In this document: one piece after another, positions 18,123 to 25,158 of the stretch
Position numbering within the stretch: position 1 is the stretch's first letter
How the letters are laid out: every line of letters starts with the position of its first letter
Origin: an uncultured Ignavibacteriaceae bacterium
GTDB lineage: Bacteria; Bacteroidota; Ignavibacteria; Ignavibacteriales; Ignavibacteriaceae
Length of the DNA stretch: 64,000 nucleotides
Direction of reading: 5' to 3'
NCBI GenBank assembly: GCA_964448105.1
Contig: CAYUVK010000006.1
Location: 8,443-72,442 of the forward strand
Program-made: the position numbers and the translations under genes
Notes under the pieces: model-generated
The model's database searches: none
What the model saw: the letters and a program-made list of their open reading frames with translations, nothing else
What the model was told of the DNA's origin: nothing

Positions 18123-18731
18123 ATGAATATTAAGTTATGTTCATTGTTTATCTTTTTTTTGTCGACTATCCTTTTTACCAAAACTGCATCTGCTGGTAAC
18201 ATTAAAGGTAAAATTAATCTTGAGGGAACAAAAAGCAACGCCGGAGTTTTAGTATTCATCGAACATGTTGACGGTTCTTTTGCTCCACTTAAAAAACCGG
18301 CAGTCATGGATCAAAAAGATTTTATGTTCATACCAAAAATATTACCAATTTTAGCAGGCACAACAGTAGACTTTTTAAATAGCGACAGCGTGCTGCACAA
18401 TGTATTTACACCAACAAAATGTGCTGATAGCTTTAATCTTGGAACTTGGCCTAAAGGCCAGTCCCGTTCATATACTTTTAATAATGCAGATTGTTTTGTT
18501 ACAATACTCTGTGATGTTCACCCTTATATGCAAGCATGGATAGCCGTACTTCAAAATCCTTTTTTTGCACAAACAAATGAAATAGGAGAATATGAAATAA
18601 AAAATATTCCCCCGGGTAATTATAAATTAAAAATCTGGTACCCGTTTTACGAAACCGAATCTAAACATATTACTGTCAGCGGTACTCAAATATTAGTAAA
18701 GAATTTTACATTAAAAAGAACAAGCGAATAA
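18123..18731 (+). CDS. Exported cupredoxin-like (type-1 copper) protein with a CarboxypepD_reg-like C-terminal beta-sandwich
   Basis: Signal peptide. Candidate T1Cu ligands are LHNVF ... CDVHPYM (C-x2-H-x2-M, amicyanin-like spacing). C-terminal segment GEYEIKNIPPGNYKLKIWYPF. Confidence 0.65.
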   Translation: MNIKLCSLFIFFLSTILFTKTASAGNIKGKINLEGTKSNAGVLVFIEHVDGSFAPLKKPAVMDQKDFMFIPKILPILAGTTVDFLNSDSVLHNVFTPTKCADSFNLGTWPKGQSRSYTFNNADCFVTILCDVHPYMQAWIAVLQNPFFAQTNEIGEYEIKNIPPGNYKLKIWYPFYETESKHITVSGTQILVKNFTLKRTSE

Positions 18732-19030
18732 TAATCTTACCAAAATATTAACTGAAGTTACGCATATTTTAATTTTGAGATTTTTGATTTGCCATGAAAT
18801 TAAAAAGGATGTCAAATTATACTTTCTCCATCACTCTATGCCAATTTTAAACATATTTAACGTTTATTTTCCAATACATTGCCATGAGAAATATAGGAAA
18901 TTCTCAAGCTTTTTCGGGATTCGGCTCAGTCGAATTAATAGTTGGTGCAATAGTCACTTTCCCGATGCACTGGTAGCTAGTAAAAATTGGCTGGAAATAT
19001 GGAATGTCTTAATAGACACTCAGACTCATT

Positions 19031-21094
19031 TTAGATTTCTAACAATTTAGCATTTATTGCAACTATAACTGTACTTATCGACATTAAAACCGCACCAATA
19101 GCAGGACTTAAAATTATTCCGGCTGAAAACAAAACACCCGCAGCAAGCGGAATAGCAATAACATTATAACCGGTTGCCCAAATTAAATTTTGAATCATCT
19201 TTTTATATGTTGCCCGGGCAAATTTTATTAAAGTGACAACATCCTGGGGATTATTTTTTACCAGAATAATATCTGCAGTTTCAACAGCAACATCAGTTCC
19301 TGTACCTATGGCAATACCAACATCAGCTTGAGCCAAAGCAGGCGCATCGTTAACACCATCACCGGTCATAGCTACAATCATTCCACGATTCTGCACTTCT
19401 TTAATCTTCTCAGCTTTTTTGCCGGGTAGAACCTCAGCAAAATATTCATCAAGTTCGAGTTCATCAGCGACCCATTTTGCAACCTGTTTGTTATCCCCGG
19501 TAAGCATCATTGGTTTTATTCCCATTTCCTTAAGCTGCTTAATTGCTTCTTTAGATTCTTCTCTTATTATATCAGCTAATGTAATGACACCAATTAAATT
19601 ATTTTCAATTAAAAGATATACAACAGTTTTACCTAAGCCTGAAAGTTTGTCTATTTTATCTTTTCCTTTTACTTCAATTTTATTTTCTTCCAGGTATCCG
19701 GGACTTACAACTTTAACATTTCTCCCGTAGACTTTTCCTTCGGCACCTTTACCAGGAATCGAATTAAATTCTTTTACTTCAAATTTTTCTTTGTTTATTT
19801 CATTAAAAGAATTTACAATACCTTGAGCAATAGGATGTTCAGATTCTGATTCAACGGCAGAAGCATATTTTAAGATTTCTTTTTCATCATATTTATTATC
19901 AAAAGAAATTGTATCTGTTACTCCGAATTCTCCTTTTGTTAAAGTTCCTGTCTTATCAAAAATTACTGCTTGAATATTTCTTGCCTGTTCGAATGCATTT
20001 CTGTTTCTAATTAGCAAGCCGTTTTTTGCAGAAAGCGCAGTTGAGACCGCTACAACTAAAGGAATAGCTAAACCTAAAGCATGAGGGCATGTAATTACCA
20101 TTACTGTCACGGTCCTGGATAATGCGAAGTTGAAACTTTGTCCGGTAAAAACAAGCCATACAAACATTGTTAATGCACCGGAAGCAATTGCAACAATAGT
20201 TAACCAAAAAGCAGCTTTGTTAGCAAAGTTCTGAGTTTTGGATTTGCTCTCCTGTGCTTCCTTAACCATCTTTACTATCTGTGAAAGAAATGTTTCTTCA
20301 CCGATTTTCTCAACTTCAATTTTTATTGAACCCTCGCCATTTATGGATCCTCCGATTATATCATCACCTTCACCTTTTGAAACTGGTTTTGATTCACCTG
20401 TAATCATAGCTTCATTGATAGAACTTTTGCCTTCAAAGATTTTTCCGTCGGCAGGAATTTTTTCTCCAGGTTTTATTAATAATTTAGCTGCGTGCTTAAG
20501 TTCGGAAACCGGAACATCAGAAACATTTCCGTTTTCATCAATTTTATGAGCTTCATCCGGCATAAGTTTGGCAAGTTCTTCAAGAGCTTTTGAAGCGCCC
20601 ATCACTGATTTCATTTCTATCCAGTGCCCAAGCAGCATTATATCAATCAAAGTTGCAAGTTCCCAAAAAAAGACTTCCCCTTTAACTCCAAATACAACTG
20701 CGCTGCTGTAGAAATACGCGACTGAAATTGCAAGTGCGATTAAAGTCATCATTCCGGGTTGTTTCTTTTTTAATTCATCAAAAAGTCCTTTTAAGAAAGG
20801 CCAGCCCCCGTAAAAAAAGGTAAAAGATGAAAGCGCAAACAAAACATAGATATGGCCATTGAAGCGTAATGCTTCTTTAAGTCCGAGAAATTGCTGGACC
20901 AGAGGTGAGAGAAGAAGGATTGGAATTGTGATTATTAATGAAATCCAAAATCGCTTTTTGAAGTCTTCAATCATATGTGAATGATGATCATGATGAGAAT
21001 GTTCTTCATGTTCATGATTATCATTTTTAATATTGATGTTCTTATGATGATTATGATTCATATAATGGCCTTCATGCTCTTTCGTAGAGTTCAT
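19031..21094 (-). CDS. copB: P1B-type copper-transporting ATPase, CopB-like (His-rich N-terminus, CPH motif)
   Basis: His-rich leader (HNHHKN...HEHEEHSHHDHHSH), TGES, CPH in TM6 (ITCPHALGLAIP), DKTGTLT and GDGVNDAP. Confidence 0.92.
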   Translation of the reverse strand: MNSTKEHEGHYMNHNHHKNINIKNDNHEHEEHSHHDHHSHMIEDFKKRFWISLIITIPILLLSPLVQQFLGLKEALRFNGHIYVLFALSSFTFFYGGWPFLKGLFDELKKKQPGMMTLIALAISVAYFYSSAVVFGVKGEVFFWELATLIDIMLLGHWIEMKSVMGASKALEELAKLMPDEAHKIDENGNVSDVPVSELKHAAKLLIKPGEKIPADGKIFEGKSSINEAMITGESKPVSKGEGDDIIGGSINGEGSIKIEVEKIGEETFLSQIVKMVKEAQESKSKTQNFANKAAFWLTIVAIASGALTMFVWLVFTGQSFNFALSRTVTVMVITCPHALGLAIPLVVAVSTALSAKNGLLIRNRNAFEQARNIQAVIFDKTGTLTKGEFGVTDTISFDNKYDEKEILKYASAVESESEHPIAQGIVNSFNEINKEKFEVKEFNSIPGKGAEGKVYGRNVKVVSPGYLEENKIEVKGKDKIDKLSGLGKTVVYLLIENNLIGVITLADIIREESKEAIKQLKEMGIKPMMLTGDNKQVAKWVADELELDEYFAEVLPGKKAEKIKEVQNRGMIVAMTGDGVNDAPALAQADVGIAIGTGTDVAVETADIILVKNNPQDVVTLIKFARATYKKMIQNLIWATGYNVIAIPLAAGVLFSAGIILSPAIGAVLMSISTVIVAINAKLLEI

Positions 21095-21108
21095 TCTAAA
21101 ATTCCCTC

Positions 21109-21813
21109 ATTTTAATGATAACGAATCTTATTTTCATTAGAGTGTGATTGTTCTTCTTGTTTCATTATTTCTTTTTCGTCCATTTCTTTTGTATAAGAAT
21201 TATATTTCTCCGGTGAAGTATTATGAAGATGTTTTACTGCTGCTATAATTGCCCAAATTTTATCATCCGGATGGGTTCTCCCCCACGCCGGCATACCTGT
21301 CATTTTAATTCCGTTTTTTGTTACCCAGAACAATTCTTCTGCACTCATTTCTTGTCCGGATTCACTTAAATCGGGTGCAGGTGGATTTAATCCCTTCGCC
21401 AGTTCTGTTTCTTCTTTTCCCGGACCACCATGGCAGCTTTCACACATTTCCTTATAATGTGCAAAACCTTCTTTTATCATAGACGGATCATCTAGATCCG
21501 GAACTTTAATACCTTTGGAATGATGCTCAACTGAATTATCACTGGTAGTTTCTAAAACCCATTTGGAGATTCCTGTTTCAGGTTTTATTGCACTTACATT
21601 ATATAGGCCTGAATAAATAAAAATGATGCCTAATATGCCCAACCCAATAATTGTGAATAATATTGATAAAATGATTTTCATTATTCTTCTTAAAATATTT
21701 TATTAATTTTAGGAAAATAATTTAAGTGGTAAATGCCAATATTCAAACGTTATGGATCAAAGATAAGTTATACTGGGCAATTACTAATTCGAATTGAATT
21801 GTTTTGAAATTGA
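21109..21813. repeat. Direct repeat copy B (~0.7 kb; cytochrome c gene plus its upstream region)
   Basis: Hand alignment with 3922-4628, in the same orientation. Confidence 0.8.
21112..21681 (-). CDS. Membrane-anchored monohaem c-type cytochrome (paralogue B), first gene of an operon with copB
   Basis: CESCH motif and the same 189-aa length as the copy at 3925-4494. Its stop lies 17 bp upstream of the copB start. Confidence 0.85.
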   Translation of the reverse strand: MKIILSILFTIIGLGILGIIFIYSGLYNVSAIKPETGISKWVLETTSDNSVEHHSKGIKVPDLDDPSMIKEGFAHYKEMCESCHGGPGKEETELAKGLNPPAPDLSESGQEMSAEELFWVTKNGIKMTGMPAWGRTHPDDKIWAIIAAVKHLHNTSPEKYNSYTKEMDEKEIMKQEEQSHSNENKIRYH

Positions 21814-22000
21814 AAGAGATATATATCAACAATTTAAATTCTATAAATATTTTCATTTACAGGTAACCCTTTTGAACTTGATCTTTTATTAAATTAGCGC
21901 CATTTACAAATCCTTTTAAATCCGGAATTAAAAATTCTATTTAAGTAATAATTTAAAAATGTTAAATATATTTGCAGTTTAGTTAAACAATGAATATTCC

Positions 22001-22579
22001 ATGAAAATACGTGAAAGCGGGATGCCGGAAGAAAAATACTGGGAAACTTTTTTTAATATTCAGGATATTTTCTACCGGCTTCAATTAGATAATAAAATCA
22101 ATAGTGCAGTTGAATTTGGTTCAGGGTACGGAACTTTTGCTATTCCTGCAGCAAAGATTATTAAAGGGAAAATTCATGCCTATGATATTGATGAAGAGGT
22201 GACTTACCGTTTGTCTCAAAGAGTAACAGAAGAAAAATTATCTAATGTAATTATTCATGAAACTGATTTTGTCAAAGAAGGAACTTTATTAAATGATAAT
22301 TCAATCGATTATGCAATGATGTTCAATATACTCCATGCTGAAAAACCGGTTGAATTATTAAAAGAAGCTTTCAGAATTTTAAAACCGGGAGGAAAGATTG
22401 GCATCATTCACTGGATTTACTCTCCGACAACTCCAAGAGGTCCTTCAATGGATATAAGGCCAAAACCGGAACAATGTATCGAATGGATGAAATTGGCCGG
22501 CTTTACAATTAACAGTGATGTCATTTCACTGCCGCCGTATCATTATGGAATCGTGGGAAGGAAAATGATTGCTACTTGA
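22001..22579 (+). CDS. Class I SAM-dependent methyltransferase
   Basis: Motif I VEFGSGYGTFAI, a post-I acidic residue (YDID) and ILKPGGKIGI. Confidence 0.8.
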   Translation: MKIRESGMPEEKYWETFFNIQDIFYRLQLDNKINSAVEFGSGYGTFAIPAAKIIKGKIHAYDIDEEVTYRLSQRVTEEKLSNVIIHETDFVKEGTLLNDNSIDYAMMFNILHAEKPVELLKEAFRILKPGGKIGIIHWIYSPTTPRGPSMDIRPKPEQCIEWMKLAGFTINSDVISLPPYHYGIVGRKMIAT

Positions 22580-22683
22580 TGCTGGATTCTCGATGTTCGA
22601 TATTTGATTATTGGAATAAATAATCCGATATTAAAAAATCAATATAAATTCACTTACTCAATAGTTTTCCTATATTGTTATTT

Positions 22684-23247
22684 TCAATCTAACCGGCTTT
22701 TTGCATCACTGCCGTGATCTCTTAACTGAGCGTCAAACCAAACGTGAATTGCATTTACTATTACAGAATCTTTTGAAGCAAATGTAAGTTTCGCTCCATC
22801 AGACAATTTTTTAAACTTGACATCAAACTCACCTTTTGATCCGGATAAAACTTTTAAACCGGGCATATTCATTCCGTGAAGAGTCTTAGGATCTCTGAAA
22901 TCCGCTTTTGAAAATAATTTACATTCTTTTTTTAAGTGGCTTTGTACCAATGCTGCCTGTGCGGTATCTTTTTTATTTTTTGTTTTTATCATTAAAACAC
23001 CACCAGCATCGTTTTTAATGAAATAGTGGGTGACTTTATTCATATCAAATGGCATTACCATGTGACTTTCGGTATGTATCATATGCTGCCTGTGCATTAA
23101 AGTCGAATCATTCATGTGATGATTAATATGGTTGTTTTTATCCTGCGGGTATGAATAGTTATTCGCAAGCAGACAACTAAAAGCAAATACTATTAAAATA
23201 TGTTTTATTTTATGAGCAATTAAAAGATTTTTTATTTCAAACTCCAA
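22684..23247 (-). CDS. Exported hypothetical protein with a His/Met-rich N-terminal segment
   Basis: Signal-like N-terminus, then NNHINHHMNDSTLMHRQHMIHTESHMVMPFDM. It contains conserved-looking MPFD...HGMNMPGL motifs. Function unknown. Confidence 0.55.
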   Translation of the reverse strand: MEFEIKNLLIAHKIKHILIVFAFSCLLANNYSYPQDKNNHINHHMNDSTLMHRQHMIHTESHMVMPFDMNKVTHYFIKNDAGGVLMIKTKNKKDTAQAALVQSHLKKECKLFSKADFRDPKTLHGMNMPGLKVLSGSKGEFDVKFKKLSDGAKLTFASKDSVIVNAIHVWFDAQLRDHGSDAKSRLD

Positions 23248-23507
23248 AATGCTAATTAAAATTAAGTAAAAGATATATCATTAACCAAAATATCAGCCCA
23301 GGTTTAATTGCAGCCGCAAACATCATTGTCAAACACTAATATTTACAGAATCAAAAAATTTTGACGGGTAATTAGATTTCAACCGGTAAATTTAAGGAAT
23401 ACTAAGCAAAGTTTTTTGGTGTAAATGATTTTATAATTTTTATAATTTACTAAAAAGAAGCGATGCCTATTATTTTAATAATAGAATCTATATCAAAAGA
23501 AAACAAA

Positions 23508-23648
23508 TTAAGTTTCCCCTTCCACAATTTTTATTTCTTCTTCGGTTAGGCCGTAAAGCTGATAAACTAATTGGTCGATTTGTTTATCTGTAGCATCTAT
23601 TTGCCTTTGGAGTACAGTTTTTTCTTGGGGGTTTATTAAAGATGACAT
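23508..23648 (-). pseudogene. 3'-terminal remnant of a DNA methyltransferase / type IIG-type I R-M gene
   Basis: Hand translation gives ...QEKTVLQRQIDATDKQIDQLVYQLYGLTEEEIKIVEGET*. This is the characteristic C-terminal tail of N6-adenine R-M methylases. Its only start codon lies inside the REP-like hairpin. Confidence 0.45.
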
Positions 23649-24364
23649 TTTTCAAGTTGCTATCCAGATATACGAAAAGATGTCTATCTTTTCCTTTCCC
23701 CAACTTCATCTTCAATTAAATAATTATCACTAAAATAATCCCTTTTCATATCAGAATGAAAGCAGATGAAATTACTTTTCCCACCAAACCATTCAATTAC
23801 TATATCTCTGCTCAATCTTGTTTCATTATTTCCAGCTAATATTTTATATGAACTGAACTTATAATTTCTTAGGTCTCCTACAATATTATGGTGAACAGGA
23901 TTGGCATGTATATAATATACAGCTGAATAAAAATAATTTTCATTATCTATAATCTTCCTCTTAAAGCCCCTTTGGAAAAGATTCCCCCTTCTTTTTTCTT
24001 GTATGTTAATTGACATCGAATACGAAATAAAGAACTTTCTGAATCTTTCACTCACAATCGCAGGTTGATTGTTTTTTACTCTTACAAGTAGGTGAAAGTG
24101 ATTAGGAAGTAAGCAGTAAGCAAATGTCTCTAAAGAATCCGAAAGATATTTATAATACTGTCGAAGAAAATAGTAATAATTATCTTCATTAAAGAAAATC
24201 TTTTCATTACCGTTACCACGGTTATATATATGGTATACTTTATCTTTGTACAAAGGTATGTAATAATTTATTTTTTTCATTATTAATCTGCCAAAAGATG
24301 ACATCTTTCAAGTTGTTACCAAGGTATTCGAAAAGATGTCATCTTTTCTTTTCCCCAACTCTTC
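23638..24364 (-). mobile_element. RAYT (IS200/IS605-like Y1 transposase) unit flanked by two ~70-bp REP-like hairpin repeats
   Basis: Repeats at 23638-23706 and 24293-24364 share AAAGATGACATyTTTCAAGTTG...CGAAAAGATGTC.ATCTTTTC.TTTCCCCAACT. Copy 2 folds into a ~17-bp stem (AAAAGATGACATCTTTC / GAAAAGATGTCATCTTTT). Copy 1 is more degenerate. Confidence 0.65.
23684..24280 (-). CDS. REP-associated tyrosine transposase (RAYT, transposase IS200-like family)
   Basis: HUH motif LPNHFHLLVR and catalytic Tyr region YYIHANPVHH. N-terminus YHIYNRGNGNEKIF. I prefer the ATG at 24280 (MKKINYY) over the track start inside the hairpin. Confidence 0.85.
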   Translation of the reverse strand: MKKINYYIPLYKDKVYHIYNRGNGNEKIFFNEDNYYYFLRQYYKYLSDSLETFAYCLLPNHFHLLVRVKNNQPAIVSERFRKFFISYSMSINIQEKRRGNLFQRGFKRKIIDNENYFYSAVYYIHANPVHHNIVGDLRNYKFSSYKILAGNNETRLSRDIVIEWFGGKSNFICFHSDMKRDYFSDNYLIEDEVGERKR

Positions 24365-24455
24365 TTTTATCATCACTTCTTTCGAAGAGTTCGACAAGTT
24401 CAGTTATTCTGTTAGGAACAGACATTAAGCCCCGCTTTCTGTAATCAGTTTTCAT
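24339..24455 (-). pseudogene. Possible 5' remnant of the same R-M/methylase gene (38 codons)
   Basis: MKTDYRKRGLMSVPNRITELVELFERSDD... weakly resembles N-termini of type IIG/BREX-type methylases (xxELVExFExN). The ORF terminates in the REP-like hairpin. Confidence 0.25.
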
Positions 24456-24847
24456 TGCAAATTATCTGTTTAGAGAAATTAAATCAAATGGTAATATAAA
24501 AATTATTAAAATACATAATTGGTATTCTGTATACTATTGATTTTCCCCATGGTATGTATATTTCCACTTTGGAGGAAGAAGGTAACATTTTCCATGGAAA
24601 AGCTGGTTGCCTTTTAGTAAAAATAAACCCAGATTTGTCATTAGAAAATAAGAGATAATTAGCAAAACGATGAATTTTTGCTACTTACAAAATAATATTG
24701 TTATCAAAAATTGTATGTTTTAATTACAGTGCTCCATAAAGCCTGTAACGAGTCTAACTTATTCTATTCAAATAAGTTATCTAATGTTTTTTCTAATGAC
24801 GGCCATTAGAAATTTTCCCTAATGACAAATTTGGGATAAAATAATTT

Positions 24848-25063
24848 ATGATTATGAATTTAAAAGATTTTGAAAAACAAATCCCTTCTGAAATTCTTAA
24901 AAGAGGTTACAGCTATTTTAACAATAAGCATATTATTTCTTTAGAGGAGGAGGAGTCGGGCATCTGGTTTGCTCAAGTTGAAGGAAATGAAAATTATAAT
25001 GTAACCGAAAAAAGAAAAAGTCAAGCAAGCAGGTATTCAAGTCATATGAACAAAACCAAATGA
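24848..25063 (+). pseudogene. Truncated N-terminal fragment of a SWIM-zinc-finger (SNF2-associated) protein
   Basis: IPSEILKRGYSYFNNKHIISLEEEESGIWFAQVEGNENYNV matches the usual N-terminus of SWIM-domain proteins. It then diverges and stops after 71 aa. Confidence 0.5.
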
Positions 25064-25125
25064 TTTTTCTGCCGCCATCATTGGAAGAGCTAATAGAAGA
25101 AAACCATATGGTAAGAGTAAATTAA
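25060..25125 (+). pseudogene. 21-codon relic of an IS1182/IS5-type transposase N-terminus (DUF772-like)
   Basis: Hand translation MIFLPPSLEELIEENHMVRVN* matches the conserved LFPxSLDDLIPEDHPVRxI start of these transposases. The rest of the gene is missing. Confidence 0.5.
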
Positions 25126-25158
25126 ACTGATTTTAATTTGAATAATTTGAATAAAATA

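Noticed and set aside
18775-19050. 91-aa ORF, plus a short MRNIGNSQAFSGFGSVELIVGAIVTFPMHW* reading, between the cupredoxin gene and copB.
   Set aside because: There are no motifs, no RBS and poor start context, and the ORF overlaps the copB 3' end. I treat the region as intergenic, although a degraded gene fragment cannot be excluded.
24636-24832. Three copies of CTAATGAC/GTCATTAG, including a small hairpin TCTAATGacggcCATTAGA.
   Set aside because: This is a short AT-rich 8-mer in a degraded intergenic region with no intact downstream gene. Chance or relic sequence is equally likely.
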